Assembly (NCBI GenBank): GCA_017881245.1
Contig: JADGRC010000193.1
Location: forward strand, 21,747 to 85,746
From: Pseudomonadota bacterium
Lineage (GTDB): Bacteria > Myxococcota_A > Polyangia > Fen-1088
Length of the DNA: 64,000 bases
Direction of reading: 5' to 3'
Numbering within the stretch: position 1 is the stretch's first letter; every line of letters starts with the position of its first letter. Made by a program: the position numbers and the translations under genes. The notes below the pieces were generated by a model. It saw only the letters and a program-made list of their open reading frames with translations. It had not been told where the DNA came from and ran no database searches. This document shows, in pieces, positions 26,896 through 35,560 of this stretch.

Positions 26896-27324
26896 ATGGA
26901 CCATCAGAATCCGCCAGCCGACGACTTGAAAAAATTGTTGACCGAAGCGCGCACGATCGCGATCGTGGGGGCGTCATCCAGTCCCGACCGGCCGTCGCAC
27001 GGCATTATGCGGAAGCTCCTTGCCGCGGGGTATCGCGTCGTTCCCGTCAATCCACGAGAGACGACCGTCCTGGGCGAAACGGCATACCCCTCACTGGCGG
27101 ACGTGCCGGGCGAAATCGATATCGTCGATGTCTTCAGACGCGTTGAGGAAACCCCAACTATCGCCGACGAGGCCGTGGCGGTCGGAGCCAAAACGCTGTG
27201 GTTGCAGTCGGGCATCGCCAGCGAAGACGCCGCCGCGCGAGCTGCGGCGGGTGGACTGACCGTCGTCATGAACGCGTGCATCGGCGTGGTGCATTCGATG
27301 CTGCGAATCCCTCGGCGCGAATGA
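26896..27324 (+). CDS. CoA-binding domain protein (YccU/YneT-like)
   Basis: TIAIVGASSSPDRPSHGIMRKLLAAGYRVVPVNP...IDIVDVFRR...GAKTLWLQSG is the classic CoA_binding_2 pattern. Confidence 0.9.
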   Translation: MDHQNPPADDLKKLLTEARTIAIVGASSSPDRPSHGIMRKLLAAGYRVVPVNPRETTVLGETAYPSLADVPGEIDIVDVFRRVEETPTIADEAVAVGAKTLWLQSGIASEDAAARAAAGGLTVVMNACIGVVHSMLRIPRRE

Positions 27325-27368
27325 CTGTCTGGTGAGGCCGCCGACCGAATGAGTCGGCGTCCAACCAC

Positions 27369-28127
27369 GTGACGAGGCCTGTCTCCAAACGGTCGATGAA
27401 AATCCTGGCCAACGACTCGATCCGTTGGCGGGGTTCGTGCCATCATGCGGGCGCTGTGAAGCTGCAAGTTAATCACCCCGTCATTGAAAGCGTGGAAGGC
27501 GACATCTTCACGTTCACGTTTGCGCCGAACTGCATGACGCACCGATGCCGCTGCGTCACCGAGGACGATCGAGCTCGAAACGACGCCTGTTGCCAGCATG
27601 GCGCCGACGTCTTGGTCCCAGAAAAAATGGCGATCCTGCGGCGTGCGTCGGAGGTAGCGTCGGTCATGCGAGAAGGCCGAGGGACGGCGACGGGCTGGTT
27701 CGACGAACGCGATCCCGAACGAGATCCCGATGCACCGGAAGGCATAATCCTGCGAACGGCCACGTCCGACCTCGAGGATGACACTTCGGGTTGCGTCTTT
27801 CTCGAGCACACCGGCGAACGCGGGTGCGGTCTGCACCGCGCCGCGCTCGTCCATGGGTTCAATCCCGCCGAAATCAAACCACGCGTTTGTCGCCTGTATC
27901 CCCTGTCATGGGACAAAAATGCGTTGGGCCTCAGCCCAGATTTCGATCGGTACTCCTGTGCGAACGACGCGGGACCATCCCTTTACCGTTTGATGCGCCC
28001 CGCGATTATCGAGGTTTTTGACGTCGATTTGGTTCGGGAGCTCGATCGTCTGGAGGCGCGGGTCCTGCGCCAGCGGTTACCCGTCTTGTCGCCGCGGCCG
28101 GCAGGGCCCGAATCGGCTGCGGAGTAG
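27369..28127 (+). CDS. Cys-rich putative Fe-S/zinc-binding protein (YkgJ CxxCxxCC-like / DUF3109-like)
   Basis: CRCVTEDDRARNDACCQHGADV, then GCVFLEHTGERGCGLHRAAL...KPRVCRLYPLSW, which resembles the C...C..Y..RP..CR.YP tail of the YkgJ family. Start may be the GTG at 27369 or the ATG at 27396. Confidence 0.65.
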   Translation: MTRPVSKRSMKILANDSIRWRGSCHHAGAVKLQVNHPVIESVEGDIFTFTFAPNCMTHRCRCVTEDDRARNDACCQHGADVLVPEKMAILRRASEVASVMREGRGTATGWFDERDPERDPDAPEGIILRTATSDLEDDTSGCVFLEHTGERGCGLHRAALVHGFNPAEIKPRVCRLYPLSWDKNALGLSPDFDRYSCANDAGPSLYRLMRPAIIEVFDVDLVRELDRLEARVLRQRLPVLSPRPAGPESAAE

Positions 28128-28149
28128 CCAGCGTCGACAACGACCGCTT

Positions 28150-28575
28150 CTACCGCTTCCCGAGGACCTTTCGTTCGTGCAGATTCGATAGGGCTTCGAG
28201 CATAAGGTCCTCGAGGATCTCGGCGTTATCGCCTGTGACCTCGTCGAACTGCACCGCGAGCAGCGGCGTCATCGAACTGGCCCTGTTCCACAACACGGCC
28301 TTGCCGTCGACCCGCAGCGGTACCATGCCCCCCCGGCAGCGGATCTCCAGCGAAAGGCGCTCCCCAACTTGAATCGCGGAATCGGGCGTCGCTCCGCCGA
28401 AGTCGAGCAGAGCGCCTCCCATGCTCAGGTTGATGATACGCGTCACGTACTGACGAGCCCCGGCCACCAACAGCCCTGAAAAGCTGGTAAGGGCTCGTGG
28501 GTGGCGTCGTCGCTCCAGTGGGGATCGCGGGGAGGTCATGTGTGCCTTCAAATCGATCATCGGCGATTTGCGCAC
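28150..28575 (-). CDS. Single-domain PilZ (c-di-GMP receptor) protein
   Basis: RRRHPR (RxxxR) followed by INLSMGGALLDFGG (D/NxSxxG) at the canonical spacing. Confidence 0.8.
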   Translation of the reverse strand: MRKSPMIDLKAHMTSPRSPLERRRHPRALTSFSGLLVAGARQYVTRIINLSMGGALLDFGGATPDSAIQVGERLSLEIRCRGGMVPLRVDGKAVLWNRASSMTPLLAVQFDEVTGDNAEILEDLMLEALSNLHERKVLGKR

Positions 28576-28641
28576 TCGGGTTTAGTGCGGGGGCTGCGGC
28601 TTTCCCTTTCCGAGCGACATCGTTCCAGATAGCGTCCGGCC

Positions 28642-29061
28642 ATGGCGCGGTCGCGTTTCGCCAGAAGGACTCCCGGATTGGCCTTGGCGTCGCTTTTGGT
28701 CATAGGGACCTGCACGGACGGGCCTTCGCAAGCGTGTGCCGCCGATCGCGATCCCTGGTTCGGCCGCGACAAGCCATTACATTTCTCGTTCACCGCCGCG
28801 ATTGCCCTGCAAGGTTACGCTGTGTCCTCGGTGCTCACCGACGACTGGCGCTGGCGGTGGCTGACGGGCGGCGCCGCAGGCTTGGCCGCGGGCGCGGGGA
28901 AAGAGGCACTGGATGCGATCGGATCCGGCGATGCGTCCTGGAAGGATTTCACCTGGGACGTGATCGGAACCGCGGCAGGATTGGGCTTGGCGTTCCTGAT
29001 TGATTGGCTCGCGTCCCCCACACCCAAACAGGCCTTACCCGCCCTGGAAATGAACCCATGA
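28642..29061 (+). CDS. Small lipoprotein, possibly YfiM/DUF2279-like
   Basis: Lipobox LLVIGTC. GRDKPLHFSFTAAIA plus two further hydrophobic segments. ATGA overlap with the downstream Omp85 gene at 29058-29061. Confidence 0.6.
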   Translation: MARSRFARRTPGLALASLLVIGTCTDGPSQACAADRDPWFGRDKPLHFSFTAAIALQGYAVSSVLTDDWRWRWLTGGAAGLAAGAGKEALDAIGSGDASWKDFTWDVIGTAAGLGLAFLIDWLASPTPKQALPALEMNP

Positions 29062-31016
29062 GGCCCAATTCCCGGAAGGCGAGTGAGGTGCGTCTTCAAG
29101 CATTGGATGGCGCGACACCGAAGGACCGTGCGTGGCCACGTCGCTTCGGCACCGCCGGCTCGGTTTCCGTCCTTGGCACCGCCTGTGTTTCGGCATCCGT
29201 GCTGCTCTCCTTCGTCTTGGTGATCTGGGCATCGCCAATCGCGTGGGCCGACCCGCCGCCACGGGCCGAGGAGCATCCGGATTCTCCGGGGGACATGCCC
29301 CGCCCCCTCGGGAGGTTGGAGCAGGAATCCGTCGACCAAGAGCTGCAGGCGTTGGGTCTGATCATTGACCCCAAACCCGCCGGTAAGGTCGTTCGAAATG
29401 TCTACGTCGTCAATCAGGAAGTTTTCTCGCGGCGCGATTGGTGGTTCCAGTTTTTCAATATGTTCCACCGGACGACGCGGCCGGGCATCTTGCGACGCGA
29501 ACTCCTGCTCCGTTCGGGCCAACCCTACGACGACGCCCTGGTCGAGGAGAGTCTTAGGAACCTCCAATCGCCGCCCACCCTGGTGTTGGCCAATGGAACC
29601 AAGTTCGTGCCTCCGGATCTGTCCAGCGTGGTGGTCCTGGTTCCGGTTGTATCGCCGCAGACCGGCACGGTCGATCTCCTGGCCGTCACGCGCGACATCT
29701 GGAGCCTGCGTTTCAACACGAACTTCGAATTCCAGGAAAAGACCCTATCCCTTCTGGAAACGTCGCTGTCCGAGAACAACCTTTTCGGCTGGCGGAAGTA
29801 CTTGTCGGTGGGCTTCGAAATGGACCAAGGCCGGGCGGGAATCGGACCCGCCTACTTCGACCCGAACGTCGCGGGGACGCGGCTGACTCTGGTGGCTTCC
29901 GCAACCGCATGGTACGCGCGGGACACGCGTCGATACGAGGGCGATAGCGAGGACCTTTCGCTGCGCTATCCGTTGTATGCGCTGGCCAGGCGTTGGGGCG
30001 GTGGCGTCGACTTCACACACCAGGACGCCGTGATTCGCAGCTTTCGCGGCGACAGTTTGCGCTCGGAGGATCTGAAGGCAACGCCCGGCGTGACCGAACA
30101 GCTGCCGTACATCTTCAGGCGTACGATCGCGATCGTCGATGCCAGCGCCGTTCGTTCGTTCGGCGAGACGGTCATCCAGCGCCTCACGCTCGGACACCGA
30201 TTCGACCGGCGTCGCTCGCAGGTGATGCCCGATTTTCCGACGGATCCCACCAACCCGGAGCTGGCGCAGGAATTCTTGACCGAGTTCGCGCCTCTGTCGG
30301 AAACGCGTTCGGAGTCCTACCTCCGCTACGAGATGTTCACGGCCCGATACGCCATCATCCGCAATTTGGACACATTCGATCTGCGTGAAAATCGTCGCTT
30401 GGGTCCATGGCTGTCGCTGGAGATCGCCGCCGGACTGCCGGAGTTGGGCGCGGATTTTCGAGCCTTTCCGATCAGCGGACAGGCTGGGTGGGCGTTCGGC
30501 CCGGGTGGGGGTTACGCGTACGCGCAACTCCTGGGATCGGCGCGGCTTCGCGCGGACCACGCCATCGATCAAAGGATGAACGCGGAGATCTACATCGCAT
30601 CCCCGGTTCTTGGTCGGGCCTTGCGACTGGTCGCGCGGGGCGACGCGGATGCCGTTCGCGCCGACACCCACCGAGGTCTGTTCTTCCTGGGCGGCAACAC
30701 GGGCCTGCGTGGGTACGTTATTGGTGACTTCGAGGGATCCAGCCAGTTGGTAGGACATGTCGAGGTCCGGTCGTTGCCACTGGAGGTGTTTTCGCAACGC
30801 TTCGGCGGTCTCATCTTCTATGACGTCGGGCACGCGGCGCCGTCGTTCCGCGAAATCGTTCCCCATCATGATTTTGGTATAGGCCTGAGGTGGCTGATTC
30901 CTCAGCTGAATTCTTCGGTCATGCGCGTGGATTGGGCCGTGGCCACCCAAGGCACCACACTCACGCGCGCGGGTCTTCCCGGGCGTTTCAGCGGCGGATT
31001 CTTACAAGCGTTCTAG
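29058..31016 (+). CDS. Omp85/BamA-family outer-membrane protein (POTRA plus surface-antigen barrel)
   Basis: Start at the ATG at 29058 (MRPNSRK...). POTRA-like GKVVRNVYVVNQEVFS...ILRRELLLRSGQPYDDALVEESLRNLQ. Barrel tail FFLGGNTGLRGYVIGDFEGSSQLVGHVEVR...GGLIFYDVGHA...GLRWLIPQLNSSVMRVDWA...GGFLQAF. Confidence 0.8.
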   Translation: MRPNSRKASEVRLQALDGATPKDRAWPRRFGTAGSVSVLGTACVSASVLLSFVLVIWASPIAWADPPPRAEEHPDSPGDMPRPLGRLEQESVDQELQALGLIIDPKPAGKVVRNVYVVNQEVFSRRDWWFQFFNMFHRTTRPGILRRELLLRSGQPYDDALVEESLRNLQSPPTLVLANGTKFVPPDLSSVVVLVPVVSPQTGTVDLLAVTRDIWSLRFNTNFEFQEKTLSLLETSLSENNLFGWRKYLSVGFEMDQGRAGIGPAYFDPNVAGTRLTLVASATAWYARDTRRYEGDSEDLSLRYPLYALARRWGGGVDFTHQDAVIRSFRGDSLRSEDLKATPGVTEQLPYIFRRTIAIVDASAVRSFGETVIQRLTLGHRFDRRRSQVMPDFPTDPTNPELAQEFLTEFAPLSETRSESYLRYEMFTARYAIIRNLDTFDLRENRRLGPWLSLEIAAGLPELGADFRAFPISGQAGWAFGPGGGYAYAQLLGSARLRADHAIDQRMNAEIYIASPVLGRALRLVARGDADAVRADTHRGLFFLGGNTGLRGYVIGDFEGSSQLVGHVEVRSLPLEVFSQRFGGLIFYDVGHAAPSFREIVPHHDFGIGLRWLIPQLNSSVMRVDWAVATQGTTLTRAGLPGRFSGGFLQAF

Positions 31017-31135
31017 ACCTCCTCCCGACGGGGCAGAGATGACAGCACGACCAGGACGGCGTCCGCTCGCGAACCGCAGCCCCGCGGACGCGCGATCAGA
31101 GCGTTGTTTTTTGCCCCGGGCTTGGCCCGGCCTGG

Positions 31136-31561
31136 TCAACGTCGCGTCTTGCGGCGGCCCGCGGCGCTGCCCCGAGCCCGTAAAGTCCTGCGCCGGGGAC
31201 CGGGACGACCGTCACGCTTGAGTCTGTGTTTCGTGACGAGACGTTCGACGGCCTTTCGATGAATTCCGAGTATCCGAGATGCCGCGGTGATATTGCCCTG
31301 TGCTGCTGTCATCGCGGAAGAGAGCAACGCAACTTCGATGGCCTCCATGGGCTTTGGGAGCTTCATCCCGAGGAGACGAGCCGCGACGTCACCGAGCGAG
31401 CCTCTGCTTATGGAGGCGGCAGGGCGGCGACCGCTTGGCTTGGTTGCCTGCTGCGCCGTTCGCACCAGCCCCCTCGGCAGTGCTCGTTTCAGTCGTTCGG
31501 CCAGATCCCGCGCGAAATCATTCAGCGGACTGTGGCGGCGCGCTTGCGCCCGGCCTTTCAT
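31136..31561 (-). CDS. Small Fis-type (HTH_8) DNA-binding protein with an Arg-rich tail
   Basis: EAIEVALLSSAMTAAQGNITAASRILGIHRKAVERLVTKHRL matches the Fis/NtrC C-terminal HTH. GAGGGGGA Shine-Dalgarno-like sequence upstream of the ATG. Confidence 0.7.
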   Translation of the reverse strand: MKGRAQARRHSPLNDFARDLAERLKRALPRGLVRTAQQATKPSGRRPAASISRGSLGDVAARLLGMKLPKPMEAIEVALLSSAMTAAQGNITAASRILGIHRKAVERLVTKHRLKRDGRPGPRRRTLRARGSAAGRRKTRR

Positions 31562-31898
31562 CGGCGTTCCCCCTCGATGCCCAAGGTCATTGGGATCGTC
31601 GAGCGGCCGTTCCGTTCGAGCGGCTCGGCCGATGGAAGTCTTCTGGAGGCTCTCGGCGCGTTCACATGGACTCCTTCACCGCGTCAGCGTACCAGATAAT
31701 ACAACGCCAAAAAAAGGCGCGTGCATCAATCGCCATGCAGGGCGACGGCGACCGCGTCGAACTCGCATGGGCAACGCTTGATGGACGCGGGATCTAATAT
31801 ATTGCTCCTAACAGAATGTGGCATCTTCGGATATCGATCGGACGCGGTCAAGGCCCAATGCCCGTGGTTCATGCCGGCGGTCTACGGACGCCGCGGCC

Positions 31899-33140
31899 TC
31901 AGCGAAATGCGTACAAGGACATGATCTCCGCGCCGGTCAGAGCCCGCTTATAGACACGGAAATCGTCCATGAGTCCGTTGTAGTACGGGTTGCCCGCGAA
32001 CTGAGAACGCCCGAGGCGATTGTCGATTGTTGCGCCCAGATCGGCCGCATGCAGGGTCATGGCTCCCTTTGTGGCGGCCACGGCTCCGTCGACGTAAAGA
32101 ATGCCGGTGTATGGCATACCCCCGGGCAGAACCACGGCAATGTGGTGCCAGACGTTGGGCGTGAGGAGAGAGGGGCCGTCCAGCCGCTGCTCCTGCGTGA
32201 CCATGTGCCCGGTCGTGGTGATCGCGAACCGCACGGGGTAGGGGGGGGTATCTCCAGCACGAGCCGTGAGGTACATGCCGATGGTCGTGTTGAATCCAAA
32301 ATCGAAGATACGCTCCCAGTTTTGGGTAGCGGTGTTCGCCGCCAGGTTGACCCAGATGGCCAATGTGATCGCGCCGGGCGCTAGGTTTTGCAGACCCGGC
32401 AGCGTCACGTAACCACCGTTCGCGTTGGGTGCCGTGGCGGGCGGCGCCAGGGCGAGCGCGTGCGAACCGACCTGGCTCATCGTGGAAAAATTCGCGGTGC
32501 CGCCCATCCCAGCGGTTCCCAGACTCGCGTTCCGCGCCATGCCCCCGAACATGGCAGAGTCGACGGCGGACATCCCGTTGCTCTCGTCGAACTTGTACCA
32601 GAGCACGAGATCCAGATTCACGCCGTCGCCTGCGGCACCGCCCGCGCTACCGCTCGCGCCGCCGATACCGCCTGTACCGCCGCCGTTCCCGCCACCAGTT
32701 CCGATGCCTCCGGTCGCACTTCCTCCGGTGCCGTTCCCGGCCGTTCCCCGGCCGCCAGTGCCCGTGCCTGTGCCGTCGGAGCCACCCATGCCACCCCCGG
32801 CAAGCGTGCCGCCCGCGCCACCGCCCGTGCCACCGCCAGCAAGCGTGCTGCCCGCTGCGCCAGCGCTTCCACCACTTCCCGCGCCTTCGCTGCTGCCCCC
32901 ATTGCCGGCCGAACCAGCGTTTCCAGCAGCCCCGGAGCCACCGGTCGCGATCACGGGCGAATCAAGGGTGGCGTCGCTCGTGTAAATCGCCCCCGCGTCC
33001 GCCAACCTCTCCAAGCAGCCGTGACAGTGTTCGGGCGCAGAAATGCATGCGGAAAGGACCACACAGGTTCCGGCAACCCACGATAAGCCAATCGGACTGG
33101 CCATGTTCATTTGAGTGCCGGGGACGGAGCGGCGGTTCAA
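31899..33140 (-). CDS. Secreted LamG/concanavalin-A-like lectin-fold protein with a long Gly-rich linker
   Basis: Signal/lipobox (CVVLSAC). About 110 aa of G/S/T/A linker. LVLWYKFDESNG...WHHIAVVL...LYVDGAVAA...IDNRLGRSQFAGNPYYNGLMDDFRVYKRALTGAEI is the Laminin_G_3 pattern. Confidence 0.8.
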   Translation of the reverse strand: MNRRSVPGTQMNMASPIGLSWVAGTCVVLSACISAPEHCHGCLERLADAGAIYTSDATLDSPVIATGGSGAAGNAGSAGNGGSSEGAGSGGSAGAAGSTLAGGGTGGGAGGTLAGGGMGGSDGTGTGTGGRGTAGNGTGGSATGGIGTGGGNGGGTGGIGGASGSAGGAAGDGVNLDLVLWYKFDESNGMSAVDSAMFGGMARNASLGTAGMGGTANFSTMSQVGSHALALAPPATAPNANGGYVTLPGLQNLAPGAITLAIWVNLAANTATQNWERIFDFGFNTTIGMYLTARAGDTPPYPVRFAITTTGHMVTQEQRLDGPSLLTPNVWHHIAVVLPGGMPYTGILYVDGAVAATKGAMTLHAADLGATIDNRLGRSQFAGNPYYNGLMDDFRVYKRALTGAEIMSLYAFR

Positions 33141-33166
33141 AAAAAAGGCGCTCGGCCGCCACCGGG

Positions 33167-34753
33167 TTATTGGTGGCCGTGTTTGTTTCCGATCCGATAT
33201 CGCCCATCGCCGTCGGCATCAAGAAATACGGGATTCGTCAGGGCGAACGGGTACGCCGTGAAGGTCTTGCGATCGCCGACCACCGGGGCCAGCGGTTTTG
33301 AACCGTCGACCCTCACGACCACGTAACCGTCGGTCGGTGTGGCAAGACTGAATGTCTCTTTGAAGCGGATGACCGTTTCGCTCGGCGGGACCTCCCATCG
33401 TTTCTTTTCGTGTCCGTTCAGGTAGAGCGTAACGCGATCGACCGATACCCAAGGTGCCGCCTGGACCGTGATTTGAGCCTCGGCCTTGCCAGCGGGGGCG
33501 GGAACCACGTCGCCGATGGTTCCGCCGTTCACCACCAGAGTGACGAACGGTCCAGTCGTGAAAAACGCGTGGTGAAATCGGACTGCCTTGGCGACCGCCT
33601 TGGCGTCGACCCATTGTGGGCGATCGTCTTTGACGCGGACGTAGTTTCGCGGGTACCCGCCTATGTTGAAGGTCAGGTGATGCGTGTCGGAGTTCCCGGT
33701 CGCCGTCACCAAGTGGTCATGATTCAGAAGCGAGAACCAGTCTTCCACCATCCGGTCGACGCTGCGCCTGACGGGATCCTGATATCCGTTCATGACCTCG
33801 ACCGCGTCGAAGTCCCACGAAAAACCGGCGCGTTCCGCGCGATCCCCGGCCGCATCGAAATGCCCGAGCTCGAAGTACCCGATCTCCGCGTCGAGCCGCG
33901 GGTGGTGAACGTCGATGATGGCGTCCGGGGCGTGATCCCGGACGTCCTTGAAGAAATCATCAGGACGCCGTCCGTGGACCAGGACCGCACCCTGACCGGG
34001 CCTTTCGAGATCGGGCGGCAACGGGAAAGCACCGAAGTGTCCCCAACTCCCGGTCGTCAGCTCGTCTCCGACAGCGCTGGTGATGTACTTTCCCGCGCTG
34101 AGCCCACGGATGAAGGGCTCGTAGTCCGAGACGACATTGTGATCCGTGGAGACGATCATCTCGACGCCATCGGCTACGAATTCGTAGATCCGATCCTCCA
34201 TGGGAACGTGAGAGTCAGGCGAGCGCGCCGCATGCACGTGAAAATCAGCGGAGAGCCATTCGCCCGTGTCAACGACATGGGCGAGGCGCGCGCGCAGTCC
34301 GATCGCATGACCCGCGGTCACCCGGATCTTGCGCTCGGTATGAATGTCCCATTCGGGTCCTCGGCTGATGGTCACGTCATACGTGCCCACGGGAACATGC
34401 GCCCCTCCGATTCCCGAAAGGGACATGATGCGGTTGTATGCTGTGATGGCGTCGCCTTCTTGTCGCCCAATGTCGTTGCGCGTGAATTCGGGATCCGGAC
34501 TACCTGCAACCCCAACGAACGTCAGTTTGCACGGAATGGATTCGCCGTTCGCGGCGTCGCGCACGTCGAAGGTCAGGATTCCTTCCGGCTTTATGTCGTG
34601 AGGCGAGGGCGCCGCCGAGGCGAAAACAGGCGCGGCGAACGCGGACCGGCTTCGGAAGACCGGGGCGCGGTCCAGATTCACCGCCGCGACGGCGAAACAG
34701 GCGACCGCCACGACGGCGGAACGGCAAAGGACGGGAAGGTGTCGATTCATCAT
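33167..34753 (-). CDS. Exported PHP-family (CehA/McbA-like) metallohydrolase
   Basis: Start at MMNRHLPVLCRSAVVAVACFAVAA. LSADFHVHAARSPDSHV...GVEMIVSTDHN...GNSDTHH are PHP metal-ligand motifs. Confidence 0.8.
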   Translation of the reverse strand: MMNRHLPVLCRSAVVAVACFAVAAVNLDRAPVFRSRSAFAAPVFASAAPSPHDIKPEGILTFDVRDAANGESIPCKLTFVGVAGSPDPEFTRNDIGRQEGDAITAYNRIMSLSGIGGAHVPVGTYDVTISRGPEWDIHTERKIRVTAGHAIGLRARLAHVVDTGEWLSADFHVHAARSPDSHVPMEDRIYEFVADGVEMIVSTDHNVVSDYEPFIRGLSAGKYITSAVGDELTTGSWGHFGAFPLPPDLERPGQGAVLVHGRRPDDFFKDVRDHAPDAIIDVHHPRLDAEIGYFELGHFDAAGDRAERAGFSWDFDAVEVMNGYQDPVRRSVDRMVEDWFSLLNHDHLVTATGNSDTHHLTFNIGGYPRNYVRVKDDRPQWVDAKAVAKAVRFHHAFFTTGPFVTLVVNGGTIGDVVPAPAGKAEAQITVQAAPWVSVDRVTLYLNGHEKKRWEVPPSETVIRFKETFSLATPTDGYVVVRVDGSKPLAPVVGDRKTFTAYPFALTNPVFLDADGDGRYRIGNKHGHQ

Positions 34754-34999
34754 GGCGCGAGAGTATCGCAGAGCGAACCCGCGACCATCCTGCCCTTGGG
34801 ATCGGAGTTGGGGCGCCGACCCTAGGGATCTTTCCAGGGACCGGGAGTGCAGCTCAGGGCCTGGCGCTTCACCCCGGGGGGCGACGCCCATGCGATGCAG
34901 GCAATGTAGTCCAACTTTGTTGGACCGGCCTCGCCGTCGAGGAACTCCGGGTCCCGCAGGGGCCTTCCCAGGCCCTTGCGGCAGCGAAGCCGCACTAGC

Positions 35000-35299
35000 T
35001 CATTGAAAACCGCGAGCCAAGCGGGCGTCGAGATCCGCTTGGGCCAGAATTTCCTCGGCGAGCCGAGACACACTCGGGTGGTAGGTGCCGGAACGGACCT
35101 GCTGAGTCAGAGATTCGATACGCAAAGCACGCTCCGCGGCGGCCATGTTGATGCCGTTGCTCGTCGAATCCTTTAGCTGGCTCGCCTCTGCGGTTGTCAC
35201 CCGGTCGGGCGCTGCAATGTCGCGCACGGCGACATCCGACTCGGGAGCAACTCCCGGGGACTGCCCAGGCGGCGTGGCTTTGGTTTCGCTGACTTTCAT
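35000..35299 (-). CDS. FlgM-family anti-sigma factor-like protein (99 aa)
   Basis: C-terminus RIESLTQQVRSGTYHPSVSRLAEEILAQ matches the FlgM signature (..G.Y.vd...iA..ll). Start taken at the internal ATG at 35299 (MKVSETK...). The longer track ORF (to 35527) adds non-coding-looking sequence. Confidence 0.55.
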   Translation of the reverse strand: MKVSETKATPPGQSPGVAPESDVAVRDIAAPDRVTTAEASQLKDSTSNGINMAAAERALRIESLTQQVRSGTYHPSVSRLAEEILAQADLDARLARGFQ

Positions 35300-35516
35300 G
35301 AGCGTGCCCGATCTTGTCCGATGCGTTGGGTCTCGACCTTTTGAATCCGAATGGTCTTCGGCACGGCCCAATCCCCTGATAAGGACGACGGTCAAGTTCT
35401 CGAAATATTCGGCGGACAGAGGGTCCGAACCGGAATTGGCACAGGTACATGGCGCGCCATTCAACAGCGTCGGTCGGGGCCGCGACCGATTGTTCGGATG
35501 TAACTGTCCCTCGTAC

Positions 35517-35546
35517 TTGACGTTCAACCTTGGGTGAGACTATATG
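35517..35546 (+). promoter_or_regulatory. Sigma-70-like promoter candidate for the act-cox operon
   Basis: TTGACG (35517-35522), a 17-18 nt spacer, then cTATAT/TATATG (35540-35546). It lies inside the 5' end of the track ORF, which supports the ATG at 35561 as the actA start. Confidence 0.35.
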
Positions 35547-35560
35547 CACCGCCAATTCGG

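Noticed and set aside
31017-31135. T6 run with an adjacent CCGGGC-TTG-GCCCGG hairpin (about 31117-31140), considered as an intrinsic terminator between the Omp85 and Fis-like genes.
   Set aside because: The T-run precedes rather than follows the hairpin on the plus strand, and becomes an A-run after the hairpin on the minus strand. It fits neither orientation of a canonical terminator.
34905-34975. Short perfect hairpins GTCCAAC-TTT-GTTGGAC (about 34909-25) and GGGCCT-TCCC-AGGCCC (about 34960-75) downstream of the FlgM-like gene.
   Set aside because: No U-tract follows either one. Stems of 6-7 bp are common by chance in G+C-rich DNA. They are noted only as weak candidates.
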